The notes beneath the pieces were generated by a model that saw only the letters and a list, made by a program, of their open reading frames with translations, did no database searches and had not been told where the DNA came from. DNA of 64,000 bases from positions 183,980 to 247,979 of the forward strand of contig CP144822.1 of the NCBI GenBank assembly GCA_036689435.1, in the 5' to 3' direction. This document shows positions 1-12,424 of this stretch, one piece after another. Positions within the stretch are counted from its first letter, which is position 1. Each line of letters begins with the position of its first letter. This DNA comes from Candidatus Stammera capleta (GTDB lineage Bacteria > Pseudomonadota > Gammaproteobacteria > Enterobacterales > Enterobacteriaceae). The translations under genes were made by a program, and so were the position numbers.

Positions 1-1545
1 ACATTTTATAGTATGTTCCCAAGTAAAATAATCTATTTTATCAAAATTATATTCTTGATTTATTAAATTAATAATTTGTATATCACTAATAATTATTAAA
101 ATAATTTTTAATTCATCATCATTAATATGAAATTTATCTAAAATATATTTATTTAATAAAATATTTTTTAATGATGATATATTTAATTCAATATTTGGTA
201 AATTTAAAATTTGAATAAAATTATTTAATATATTTAATTGAATTTCATTTTCTTTTTCTAAAATAACATAAGATAAATACTTTCTATATATAGAATAATC
301 AAAAATAGCTTTAATATAATTAACATATAAAGATAAATTATTCACTACAACTATAATATCATTTACATGATATTTTTTATGTAAAAGTAAATAAATAATA
401 TAATCATATAATATTTCTACTTCTCTTAAATAACCATTACATGCATTAATTGTAATAGAATGATCTTTATAAGAAATATATCGTTTATTTTTTTCATTAT
501 TATTTTTATTATTACTAATATCATGTATTTTATTATATAAAATATCATGTTGAATTATTTGTAATAAAGTTTTAGGTGTCTTTTTAACAAATATTAAAAT
601 ATTATTTATACAAAAATGATCTAATAAATATAAATAATTAGAAAGAAATTTACCATAATTCAATAACAATAAATTAATAATTCTAAGATTGAGATAATTA
701 TCTGGAAATAAAATATTTTTATGACTTAATACTGTTTCATATACAAACTTATTCTTTTCACTAAAAAAAACTTGAAAAAAAGATTGATCATATCAATATA
801 ACTTAGATGGATTAATAATAAAATAATGAATATTAATATATTTAGAAAGTAATTCTAATACATGTAAATATACAGGAGGTATATATGAAATATGAAAAAG
901 ATAAATATCTTGAGGTAAATGTTTTAAAAAACTACTAATTTTTAAATTATTATTAATAATATTTATAAATACATAATACATTTGAGCTTTATGTAATACA
1001 CAATTATCTTTAATATAAATATAATAAATAATTTCTTTTCATAAAAGACATTGTCATTTATGATGAATATCTAATTCATCAACAGATTTTATATTTTCTC
1101 AATAATGTATCATATCTACTCTGTAAACTAAATATTTATTATATAAATCTGCTAAAACTACTGCTAAAGAAAACAATTTAGATTTTTTATTATCATAAGA
1201 TAAATATTTTTTAATAATATGAAATTCATATAAATCAATTAATTTAGGTAATATAGACATAATTATTCAAATTAAATTAAATTTATTAAAATAATCAATA
1301 TTATATTTACGAGGAATAAATATCTGGAATATTCAATCTATAAATTGATCAAGTAAATAAAATTTATAATTAGCACAAATACCTAAATATCTAGAAATAT
1401 ATAATTTAATATTAAAAGAAATATTATAATTAGGTATTATAATTATTTCTTTTAATAAATAATTCTTATATCTATTATTAAATAATAATTCTATTAATGT
1501 TTTTTTTAATACGTTAAAATCATTAGATTGATATAAATTAAACAT
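1..1545 (-). CDS. recC: Exodeoxyribonuclease V gamma subunit RecC, N-terminal ~515 codons; the gene continues past the window start
   Basis: The minus-strand frame is free of TAA/TAG from 1545 to position 1; its only interruptions are TGA, and I checked this triplet by triplet. The N-terminus MFNLYQSNDFNVL and the motifs LADLYNKYLVYR, ISYIPPVYL..INPSKLYW, LQIIQHDIL, ITINACNGYLREVEIL and NDIIVVV match the E. coli RecC N-terminal half in the same order. Confidence 0.85.
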
Positions 1546-1578
1546 GTTATGAAAAATAATATTTTATACATGATAGAT

Positions 1579-1595
1579 ATTTACATTTTATAAAT
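1579..1595. repeat. Copy 1 of a perfect 17-bp direct repeat, atttacattttataaat
   Basis: An identical 17-mer recurs 90 bp downstream at 1669-1685. Both copies lie in the divergent recC/thrS spacer. Confidence 0.8.
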
Positions 1596-1668
1596 ACTAA
1601 TTATAATTAAATATTAATCTATTTAAAAATAAATATTAACAAATAAATTATTATTTATTTTTATATAC

Positions 1669-1685
1669 ATTTACATTTTATAAAT
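1669..1685. repeat. Copy 2 of the 17-bp direct repeat, atttacattttataaat
   Basis: This is a perfect match to 1579-1595, and the flanking bases differ on both sides. Confidence 0.8.
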
Positions 1686-1800
1686 CATATAAAAAATATA
1701 TATATCTTAATATGTATTTATTTAAAATTATATGAAAACTAAAATATAATAACTAATATTCTTATATTATAATATAAGATACATTAATCTATCAATATTT

Positions 1801-3015
1801 ATGTTAATTTTAAAAAAACATACTCATACTTATATAAATAAACAATTAAATTTATATCATATTAATAAAAATTCTCCTGGTATGATATTTTGACACGAAA
1901 ATGGATTAATTATATTTAATAATTTAATTAAATTAATAAGAAAAAAATTAATTAAATATCATTATAAAGAAGTTAAAAGTCCTACATTAATAAATAAAAA
2001 TATGTGAATTAAAAGTGGTCACTGAAAATATTATAAAAATTCAATGTTTACAGTAATCACAAATAATAAAAAACAAATATGTATTAAACCAATGAATTGT
2101 ATTGGCCACATAGATATATATAAACAAAAAATTAGATCTTATAAAGATTTACCTGTTAGATATGCAGAATTTGGAGAATGTTATAGAAATGAAAGTACTG
2201 GTTCAGTTTATGGTTTAATTAGAACTAAAGCATTCACTCAAGATGATGCCCACATATTCTGTACATATAAAGAAATTGAAAAAGAAATAAAAAACTGTAT
2301 TAAAATGACATATGAAATATATAATATATTTAATTTTAATCAAATAAAAGTATCTATTTCTACTAAACCTATTAAAGCTATAGGAGAAAATGAAACATGA
2401 ATAAAAGCAGAAAATATATTAATTAATATATTAAAAAAACAAAAAATAACTTACTTTATCAAAAAAGAAGAAGGCGCATTTTATGGTCCTAAAATTGAAT
2501 TTATCCTAGAAGATACTTATCAAAGATTATGACAATGTGGTACTATTCAATTAGATTATTATTTATCCAAAAAATTAAATATATCTTATGTAAATAAACA
2601 TAATATTAAAAAATATCCTATAATTATACACAGAGCTATATTAGGATCAATAGAAAGATTTATTGGCATTTTATTAGAAAAAACAAAAGGTTTTTTACCT
2701 TTATGATTAACACCTATACAAATAGTAATTATTAATATCAGTGATAAACATATAATATATTCTAAATATATTTTAAATATATTTATTAAAAATAAAATAC
2801 GTATATTAAGTGATTTTCGTAATAAATTTATTACTTTTAAAATTAGAGAATATACTTTAAGAAAAATACCATATATAATTATATGTGGAGATAAAGAAAA
2901 TAAAAATCATAATATAACTATACGCAAAAATAATGGTACCATTAAAAATGGTATTAGTATACAAAAATTTATCAAACATATAAAAAAAAAAATAAAAAAA
3001 GGAATAAATTATTAA
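1801..3015 (+). CDS. thrS: Threonyl-tRNA synthetase consisting of the catalytic and anticodon-binding domains only (404 aa)
   Basis: The frame-1 ORF reads through TGA codons. Motifs [28 protein letters not shown] and [10 protein letters not shown] are present. In-frame TAA stops lie just upstream of the ATG at 1801. Confidence 0.9.
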
Positions 3016-3532
3016 AACTTTCAGAAAAAAAAAAAATTATAAAAAAATTAATCATGAAATTACAGCTAAAAAAATTAAATTACTTAAAAAAAATAAAAAA
3101 GGTATATATATACTAGATACTTCTAAAGCATTAAAAATAGCACAAAAACTTCATTTAGATTTAGTAGAAATTACTCCTAATTTAGATATTCCTATATGTA
3201 AAATAATTAATTTTAAAAAATATATATATCAACAACAAAAACATCTTAAACAAAAACATAAAAATATTAAAAAAATTATTTTTAAAGAAATTAAATTAAA
3301 TTTAAATATACATATAAATGATTATAAATATAAAATTAAAAAAATTATTTATTTCTTAAAAAAAGGTTATAAAGTAAAAATTACTTTAAGATTTAAAGGA
3401 CGAGAAATAATTCATACACAAATAGCAATTAATATATTTAATAATATATATAATAAATTTAAACATCAAGCGAACATAGAATATTTTCCAAAAAAAATTG
3501 AAAATAGACAAATGATAATGATTATTTCCTAA
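3008..3532 (+). CDS. infC: Translation initiation factor IF-3, with a probable ATT start
   Basis: The frame-2 ORF opens after the TAA at 3005-3007 and contains no ATG before the conserved INHEITAKKIKLL. Motifs DLVEITPNLDIPICKIINF and KITLRFKGRE are present, and the C-terminus is ENRQMIMIIS. It overlaps the thrS stop. Confidence 0.8.
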   Translation: MIKTFRKKKNYKKINHEITAKKIKLLKKNKKGIYILDTSKALKIAQKLHLDLVEITPNLDIPICKIINFKKYIYQQQKHLKQKHKNIKKIIFKEIKLNLNIHINDYKYKIKKIIYFLKKGYKVKITLRFKGREIIHTQIAINIFNNIYNKFKHQANIEYFPKKIENRQMIMIIS

Positions 3533-3536
3533 TATA

Positions 3537-3731
3537 ATGCCTAAAATAAAAACAAAAAAATCAGTAATTAAAAGAATAAGAAAATTATCTAATAATAAAT
3601 TTAAATATAAAAAAAGTAATTTACAACATATTTTAACTAAAAAAAAAAAAAAGAGAAAAAGACATCTTAAAAAAAAAACTATTATTAATAAAATTAATAC
3701 AAAAAAAATTATTAAAAATCTTATTTCTTAA
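3537..3731 (+). CDS. rpmI: 50S ribosomal protein L35
   Basis: The product begins MPKIKTKKSV.. and is a Lys-rich 64-aa protein. The infC-rpmI-rplT order is conserved. Confidence 0.9.
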   Translation: MPKIKTKKSVIKRIRKLSNNKFKYKKSNLQHILTKKKKKRKRHLKKKTIINKINTKKIIKNLIS

Positions 3732-3758
3732 TCACATAAAAATTATAGGATTTAATTT

Positions 3759-4124
3759 ATGGTACGAATAAAACGAGGAGTTACTAGTCATGCTAGTCAT
3801 AAAAAAATACTAAAACTAGCAAAAGGATATTCTAATGCTAGATCTAGATCTTATAGATCAGCTAATCAAGCTGTTATAAAAGCTTTACAATATGCTTATA
3901 GAGATAGAAAAAATAAAAAAAGATATTTTAGAAAAATATGAATACAACAAATTAACGCTGAAACTAGAAAATATAATATGTCATATAATCAATTTATACA
4001 TAAAATAAAACAAAATAATATTAATATAAATAGGAAACTATTAGTTAATTTAATTCATTATAATAATAATATTTTTCAACAAATTATACATTATATAAAT
4101 CCTATTAATAAAAAATCTTTTTAA
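3759..4124 (+). CDS. rplT: 50S ribosomal protein L20
   Basis: The sequence [31 protein letters not shown] is recognisable. The ORF continues through the TGA at 3939 to the TAA at 4122. Confidence 0.9.
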
Positions 4125-4167
4125 AATTATATCAATAATAATCTAAAATTATATACAAATATATTAA

Positions 4168-5151
4168 ATGTTTAATTATATTAAATATTTCATAAAAATA
4201 TTTTTCTTTATTAAAAAAATAAAAGATTTTAAAACATTATATAAAATACAACAACTTTACTTAAGTAAAAATAATCTCTTTAATAAAATTTTACTACATG
4301 TAAAAAAAACAAATATAAAAAATTTACCTATTATAGGAAAACAAATTAATCGTTGTAAAAAAATACTTTTACATATTTTTAATAAACAAAAAATAAAAAT
4401 AAAAATTAAAACAACACCAATAAAAATATCAATAAAACAAATAGATTTATCTATACCTGGATATAACGATATTTATTTAGGATCATTACATCCTATTAAT
4501 TTAATACTCAAAAAAATACAATTTTTTTTTCAGAAATTAAATTTTAAAATTATTACTAGTAATGAAATAGAAAATAGTTATTTCAATTTCAAATGCTTAA
4601 ATATACATAAATATCACCCAGCTCATAATAGTAAAGATACATTTTGATTAAATAAATATACTTTATTACGTACACATACTACAAGTACACAAATAAGATA
4701 TCTTCAAAAACACAAACCACCTATCAAAATAATTACATTTGGTAATGTTTTTAGAAAAGATTTAGATAAAACACATACACCTATGTTTAATCAATTAGAA
4801 GGTTGTTTAATTGACAAAAATATTAATTTTAGTAATCTAAAATTTTTAATATTAAATTTAATAAAAAATATATTTCATCATAAAATATCTATTAAATTTA
4901 TACCTACATATTTTCCTTTTACTTCACCTTCAGCGGAAGTATATATAAAATCTAAAAAAAAACAATGATTAGAAATTTTAGGTTGTGGTATAATCCATCC
5001 CTGTATTTTAAAAAAATTCCATATTAATTATAAAGTATATACAGGATTAGCATTTGGAATAGGTATAGAAAGAATTACTATGTTAAAATTTAATATAGAA
5101 GATATACGTACTCTATATCAAAATTACATAAGATTTTTAAATCAATTTTAA
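4168..5151 (+). CDS. pheS: Phenylalanyl-tRNA synthetase alpha subunit (327 aa)
   Basis: Two track ORFs (4168 and 4783) lie in the same frame. Motifs HPINLILKKI, LLRTHTTSTQIRYL, TPMFNQLEG and FPFTSPSAEV are present. Confidence 0.9.
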
Positions 5152-5167
5152 AATTAATTACAATATA

Positions 5168-7471
5168 ATGAAATTTCCTATCAATTGAATTAATGAAAAT
5201 TTATATCAAAAATTAAATATTAAAAAAATTAAATATACATTTAATAAATATGGTTTTGAAAGTAAATATATTAATATTACAAAAAAACTTCAAAAAAAAA
5301 ATTTTATATTTATAAAAATTAAACTAATAACAAAAAAAAAAAATATTTTACAATTTTATTATAAAATTAAAAATAATATTCATTATATTAATGTCATTCA
5401 TAACAATTATTTATATTATAAACCAAAATATCTTTTAATATCCAATAAAAATATAAAAAAATACAATAAAAAAAATACTTTAAAGTATCAACTTTATTAT
5501 TATATTAATCAATATATTATTATTTTAGACAAAAATTATAAAAATATTATATTTATAAAACAATATTTAATAAAAAATTTAATCTTAAATATTAATATTC
5601 CTTATAATAGAATAGATTGCCATAATATATATGGTATATCAAGAGAACTTGCTATAATAAAGAAAATAAAAATTAAAAACATAATTAAAAATATTCCTTG
5701 TATATTTAAAAAAGATAAAAATAAAATAATTATTCATAATTCTAAAAATAAAATATTTTGTCAAAATTATTTTTATTACATACTTACTAATATAAAAAAT
5801 AAATATTTTACACCTATATTTATTAAATATAGATTAAAACAAATAAATATTAAAATCCATAATAATTTTTTAGATCTCATTAATTATATCTTAATAGAAT
5901 CTGGACAAATTATTAATATTTTTAATGCAGATCAAATAAAAAAAAATGAAATAAAAATATATTTTACTAATAATAAATTATCAAATAATTATCATAAAAA
6001 TTTAATATATAAAATTAATCACCAAATTATATACAATAATTACAATTCTTATAACAAAAAATATATTATTAATAATAATACATCAAATATTTTTATAGGA
6101 GCACCATTACTTACTAATAATTATATATTTCGTACACATAATAAAAAATATAAAAATATTCTATATTCATATATTTCTAATATTAATAAAAAAACACAAT
6201 ATTTATATTTGTATAAAACTTATAAAATTCTCAATTATATTTTACATATAAATAACAAAAAAATCATTATTTTTTATTCTTTTCAATTACAAAAAAAAAA
6301 CTATATTAAGTTAAATTATCAATTTTTATATAACACATTAGGAATATATATAATAAAAAAAAACATAACAAATATTTTATTACAACTAAAATATACAATT
6401 TTTACTAAAAATAAAAAACAAATAACTGTATTACCACCATTATGAAAATGTAATATATTTACTCCAATTGATATTATTGAAGATATCACTAGAATATATG
6501 GATATGATAATATCCCTAATAAATCTATATATACTAATTTAAGAATTTATAATACTCATAACAATGATGAATATTTAAATAAAATTAAGATATTATGAAT
6601 TAATTTAGGATATTATGAAGCTATAAATTATCATCTAACACATTCTCATATAGAACATATCTTTAAATATATTAAATATCCTAATATTAAACTTATTAAA
6701 CCTATTACACATAATATGAATGTATTACGTACTACTTTAATACCAGGATTATTATTTAATGTCATTAACAATATAAGACAACAAATACATAGAATAAAAT
6801 TATTTGAAATTGGATCATGTTATTATCAAAAAAAAACACAATTTTTTAAAACAACTAAATTAGCAGTTATTATTCATGGATATAAATATAAAGATCATTG
6901 ATCTTTATCAAAAAATATAATACTTAATTTTTATGATTTAAAAGGTAATTTAGAATATATTATTAATAAATATACTCAAATTCCTTTCATAAATATAATC
7001 GAAAAAAACTATTATTTTTTAGAACCAGGAAATAGTGGTGATATATATATCAATGATAAAAAAATAGGTATCATAGGTATGATAAACACTAAGATACAAA
7101 AAAAATATTTATTACTATATTCTACTTATATATTAGAAATTAATATGAAATATATTATACCTAAATATAAAAAATACTTACCTATTAACTACTTAATATA
7201 TAAAAAAAGAGATATTACATTAATAATAGATTATAACACTAATATATATAAAATAATACAATTTTGTTTATCATTAAATATTATAAATATTAAAAAAATA
7301 TATATAAGTAAAATATTTAATTCAATAGAATTAACAAAAAATCATCAAAAAAATATTACTTTAACTTTAATTATAAAAAATCAAAAAAAATTACTAGATA
7401 ATCATCTTAATGAATTAATTAAATTATACAAACAAAAAATAAAACAATATTTCAATGCTATTATTAAATAA
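5168..7471 (+). CDS. pheT: Phenylalanyl-tRNA synthetase beta subunit (768 aa)
   Basis: The protein starts MKFPINWINENL. I checked frame 2 by hand and found it free of TAA/TAG from 5168 to 6209; it is shared with track ORFs 6209, 6716 and 7079. The gene lies immediately downstream of pheS. Confidence 0.85.
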
Positions 7472-7554
7472 TAATTATATTTTAATTATTCACTCATATT
7501 AAATTAATGATATAATTTATATACTAATAATACATATCATTAAAAAATTAAAAT

Positions 7555-7626
7555 TGCTAACACATAGAATCGAACTATGATTTTATCTTTACCAAAGATA
7601 TGTTTTAACCATTAAACTATATTAGC
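7555..7626 (-). tRNA. tRNA-Thr (anticodon GGU)
   Basis: The 72-nt sequence folds by hand into a cloverleaf: acceptor GCTAATA/TGTTAGC, anticodon loop TTGGTAA, and T-arm CATAG-TTCGATT-CTATG. The acceptor resembles E. coli tRNA-Thr(GGU). Confidence 0.85.
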
Positions 7627-7686
7627 TAAAAACACTAAAATATTATATAGTAATATGAAAAATATATCAAATATAAATTACATATC

Positions 7687-8412
7687 ATGACTACTATACA
7701 CCAAGAGTTTATTAAAACTAATAATAAAGATTATATACCTATTTATTATACATTACCTATTACATATAAAAAACAAAAAAATACAAAAATTATTATAATT
7801 ATTGAAGAAATTTTTGGTGTTAATAATCATATTAAAAATTTATGTAAACGTCTAAGTAAAAAAAATTATATATCTATAGCTCCAGAATTATTTTTTAGAC
7901 TAAAAAAAATAGATTTTACTCAAAATATTGATATTTTAAGAAAAATAATTAGTAATATATCAGATAATAATATATTATTGGATATAAAAAATGTTATAGA
8001 ATGATCACGACAAAAATATAATACCAATAAAATTGGCATTACTGGATTCTGCTGAGGAGGACGTATAACTTGATTATATACATCTTATTATAATAATTTT
8101 AAAACAGCTGTCATTTGATATGGTAAATTAATAAATAACATTAGTAAACAACAACCAATACATCCATTACATGTAGTACATAAAATTAAAAAACCAGTAC
8201 TAGGTTTATACGGTGATAAAGATAATAGTATACCTTTAGATACAATTAACCAAATGATAAATTTAATAAATTACTATACTACAAATAGTAAAATATTAAT
8301 ATTTAAAAATGCACAACACGGTTTTAATGCAGACTATAGAATTACATATAATCAAAAAATAGCAAAAATAGCATGAAAAAAAATGTTAGAATGATTCCAT
8401 AAATATATTTAA
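7687..8412 (+). CDS. Dienelactone hydrolase family protein (241 aa)
   Basis: The nucleophile-elbow motif GITGFCWGG is present. The overall alpha/beta-hydrolase layout resembles carboxymethylenebutenolidase/YsgA-type proteins. The frame reads through several TGA codons. Confidence 0.7.
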
Positions 8413-8466
8413 AATATTATATTAAATATTACTCATATAAAGCAAATTAATTCTATATTAAAACTT

Positions 8467-9192
8467 ATGTCATATATTAAACGATATATAAAATTCTATA
8501 ATCCTTATAATGAAATTAATCAAAAATATATATATCAAGTATATGCTTGATTATCTTGTGGATTATTTATTTCATTTTTATCTTCATTAATTATTGCAAG
8601 ATATAATTATCTATGAACAAACATCATATTTTATAATATTATTATTTACATAATAGTAATACTACATATATTCACTGCATTTATTTTAACAAGTTATATA
8701 AATAAACTAACAAAAAAAACAGCTATTATATGTTTTATAATATATTCCTTTACTACTGGTATTAATCTATCAACTACCATACATTTATATACATATCATT
8801 CAATATTTTCTATTTTTTTAATTACTAGTATTATGTATGCATTTATGAGTATTTGAGGATATACTATTACATATCCTCTTGATACTTATAAACATTATAT
8901 GCTAATGTTTTTTATAGGTACATGTACTGCTACTTTAATTAATTATTGACTTAATAATATATGAATATTATGATGTATATCTTACATACATGTAATTATA
9001 TTTTTAGGATTAACAATATATGATACACAAAAATTAAAAGCAATAAATGAACATATGATGTTATATAAAGATGATAAAAATTATATAATTAAACAATCTA
9101 TTCTAAATGCATTAGGATTATATTTAAATTACATTAATTTATATATTTCTATGATTCAATTATTGGGTCAAAAAAAAAATAAAAATAAATAA
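8467..9192 (+). CDS. BAX-inhibitor-1 / YccA-YbhL family integral membrane protein (241 aa)
   Basis: The translation is hydrophobic and multi-spanning, with the family motif LTIYDTQKLK near the C-terminus. The many in-frame TGA codons explain its absence from the ORF track. Confidence 0.7.
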
Positions 9193-9219
9193 AAAACATA
9201 TATTTTTAATATAATATAT

Positions 9220-9240
9220 AAAGAAGGTAAACCCTTCTTT
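9220..9240. terminator. G/C-containing hairpin between two convergent genes; candidate bidirectional intrinsic terminator
   Basis: The stem is 8 bp (aaagaagg/ccttcttt) with a 5-nt loop. It sits between the BI-1 family gene stop (9192) and the ppa stop (9267). A flanking T-run is weak. Confidence 0.45.
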
Positions 9241-9266
9241 ATAAAAAATATTTCTGTTAAAATTAG

Positions 9267-9797
9267 TTAATTTTTTTTACTTATTATAGAATTAAGTATT
9301 ATCTGTTTAGCTACATCAATATCATATCAACCCTCTATTTTAGATCATTTTACTTTACTATACCTTTTATATTGTTCAAAAAAATGAGAAATTTTTTCTA
9401 AAAAACATAAAGAAATATCATGAATATTATGTATAGAATTATATTCTTTACTAATTGATTCATGAGGTACAGCTAAAATTTTATGATCTACTCCCTGTTC
9501 ATCTACCATTTTCAATACTCCTATTGGTCTACTACGTATAACTACTCCTTGTAGTAAAGGTAAAGGAGTTATAACTAAAACATCTAAAGGATCACCATCT
9601 AAAGATAATGTATTATTAATATATCCATAATTACAAGGATATGCTAAACTAACATTAAGAAACCTATCTACAAAAAACAAATCATATTTATGATTAAGTT
9701 CATATTTTACTAAAAAAGTATTACTAGGTATTTCTATAATTACAAAAATATCATTAGGAATATTATTACCTGCTATTACTTTATGATAATTCATCAT
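9267..9797 (-). CDS. ppa: Inorganic pyrophosphatase (176 aa)
   Basis: Track ORF 9345-9797 continues through two TGA codons and gives ..KVKWSKIEGWYDIDVAK.., matching the E. coli KWVKVEGW C-terminus. Its length equals that of E. coli PPase. Confidence 0.92.
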
Positions 9798-9888
9798 ACA
9801 CCTTTATAACAAATAATATATTAATAATTTATATAAAATATATATTATTAATATATTAAATATTAATTATTATTAAATGTAAATAAAT

Positions 9889-11238
9889 ATGTGTTATATA
9901 AATAAAATTAATAAAATATATAAAAAAAAAATTAAAAAAATATTTAATATTTTTTATTCTTACCTTAAATGCAATATACAAATTACAATTTTATATAAAA
10001 AAGGTTATCAGATTAAGATTAAATCTAAAAATTTAGAAAATATAGATTATATTGATAATATCACTATCCAAATACAAATATTTAAAAATAATTATACTAC
10101 TACTATTTATTGCAATAATATACATGACAGTACAATTAATAATTGTATTAATTATATTAAAAATAGTATTTTTTATACAAGTAAAGATAAAGATCATATA
10201 TTAACTAAACCATATATATATAATCAAAAATACAAAAAAAATTTAGGTATATATTACCCTACTAATTTAAAACTAAATATAATTTTTAATATGATATATA
10301 ATGTTGAATACAATGCTCTACATACCAATACTAATTTAATTACTAATGATTACACATCATTTAGTAATATTACTCATAATATATATATATATAATAATTA
10401 TCAATATTGTAAATATTACAATATTAGTAATTATACACTAATAAATAGTGTTATAGCTAAACAAAATAATATATCAGAAAACCACTATGATTATTTATAT
10501 AGTCATAATATCAATGATATTTTATATAAAGTACATACCTTAGGTAAAAAAAATGCAATAAATACTATTAAAAAACTTAATCCAAAAAATATACATACAC
10601 AAAAAAACAATATTATATTAATGAATACAGTGTCTATACAATTATTTGAATATTTTGTACAAGCAATAAATGGATATAATATCTACTATAAAAAATCATT
10701 TTTAATAAATAAATTACATAAACAAGTTTTACCTAATTGAATAAATATTATAAACGATCCTCATATATATAAAGGAGTAGGTAGCAAACCATTTGATAAT
10801 GAAGGTAATAATACTTATAAATATAATATAGTTACTAACGGTATACTAAATACCTGAATAACAGATACATATACATCATTTAAATTGAATATACCAAACA
10901 CACATAATAATGGTGGTATAGATAATTGATGTTTTCATTATAATAAAACTAATATTACATACAATATGTTAATTAAAAAAGTATATAATGGTTTTATTAT
11001 AGATAAATTTTTAGGACAAGGAGTAAATTTAATAACAGGAGATTTTTCAAAAGGAGCATCAGGATTTTATATAGAAAAAGGCAAAATAAAATATCCAGTT
11101 AATGAAATTACCTTATCAGGAAATCTTAAAGATATATTTAATAATATCACTGATATTAGTAATGATACTAATATAAATTCATCTATTAGAATAGGATCAT
11201 TATTAATATCTAATGTACAAATTGCTGGAAAAAAATAA
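9889..11238 (+). CDS. pmbA: PmbA/TldE metalloprotease family protein (449 aa)
   Basis: Track ORFs 9889 and 10966 share one frame. The C-terminus GQGVNLITGDFSKGASGFYIEKGKIKYPVNEITLSGNLKD...IAGKK closely matches E. coli PmbA. The N-terminal half is highly diverged. Confidence 0.8.
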
Positions 11239-11295
11239 TTTATTTAAAATAAATATATATATTATTATATATCTATATATATAGTAATATAATAT

Positions 11296-12387
11296 TTATA
11301 AAAAATATTTTAGTATATTTAAACAATTAAATTTATTAAAAATTTTATATACACATTGACTAAAACTATTTTGAGATTCTCTTAATCAAACACGAGGATC
11401 ATAAAATTTTTTATTAGGTTTATATTTACCTAAAGAATTACCTAATTGACCTTGTAAATAATCTTGATTCCTCTTATAAAAATTTAATACACCTTCTCAA
11501 AATGCTCATTGTGTATCAGTATCTACATTAATTTTTACTATACCATATGAAATAGATTGTTTAATAATTTTAATAGGAGTACCTGAACCACCATGAAATA
11601 CAAAATTAACAGGATTATCTATATTTACTAAACAACTTTTTTGTACTAACTTTTGAGAATTATATAAAATTTGAGGAGATAAAACAACATTACCTGGTTT
11701 ATATACTCCATGAGTATTACCAAAAGAAGCAGCTATAGTAAAATATTTACTAATTGAACTCAATTTCCTATAAGCATACAAAACATCTACAGCTTGTGTA
11801 TATAATTTAGTTTTTTTTAATTGACTATTATCTAAACCATCTTCTTCACCACCAGTACTACCTAATTCTATTTCAAGATTTATATTATATTTAGAAAACT
11901 TATTTAAATAATAACTACAAATATCTAAATTTTCCTTAAGACTATAACTAGATAAATCTATCATATGGGAAGTAAATAAAGAATATCCATAAGAAGTATA
12001 AAAATTTTTATTAGCTTCTAATAAGCCATCAATTCAAGGTAAAAACTCTTTAATACAATGATCAGTATGTAAAACTATAGGAATCTTATAGTATTGAGAT
12101 ACTTCATGCACATATTTAGCTGCCATTATAGCACCATATATAGAAGCTTGTAAATCACTAGTAATAACTTTTAAATAATTACCAGTAAAAAAACTAGCTC
12201 CAGTTAATGAAAATTGTATTATAACAATAGTGTTATATTTCTTAGCTGTTTCCAAAACAGTATTAATAGTATTAGTATCTATACAATTAATAGCTGCTAA
12301 TGCAAATTGTTTTTTTTTAGCTACTTTAAAAAGTTCATATAATTCTATACTATTTAATACACCAAATTTTTTCATATATTTATACAT
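11296..12387 (-). CDS. fbaA: Class II fructose-1,6-bisphosphate aldolase (363 aa)
   Basis: Track ORFs 11506 and 12034 share one frame. The motifs ALAAINC, VLHTDHC and FVFHGGSG are present, and the C-terminal YLQGQLGN..KKFYDPRVWLR has a TGA-encoded Trp. Confidence 0.9.
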
Positions 12388-12424
12388 TCCTATATATAAT
12401 ATTTATTATTAACTTATCAAATAT

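Noticed and set aside
12230-12412. Small opposite-strand ORFs inside known genes. This one lies in fba; similar ones are 19120-19317 in rpsB, 22461-22688 and 23244-23429 in ligA, 46960-47163 in prmB, and 57404-57610 in rseP.
   Set aside because: Each is fully embedded antisense in a gene with strong homology and has a low-complexity, motif-free translation. I treat them as shadow ORFs.
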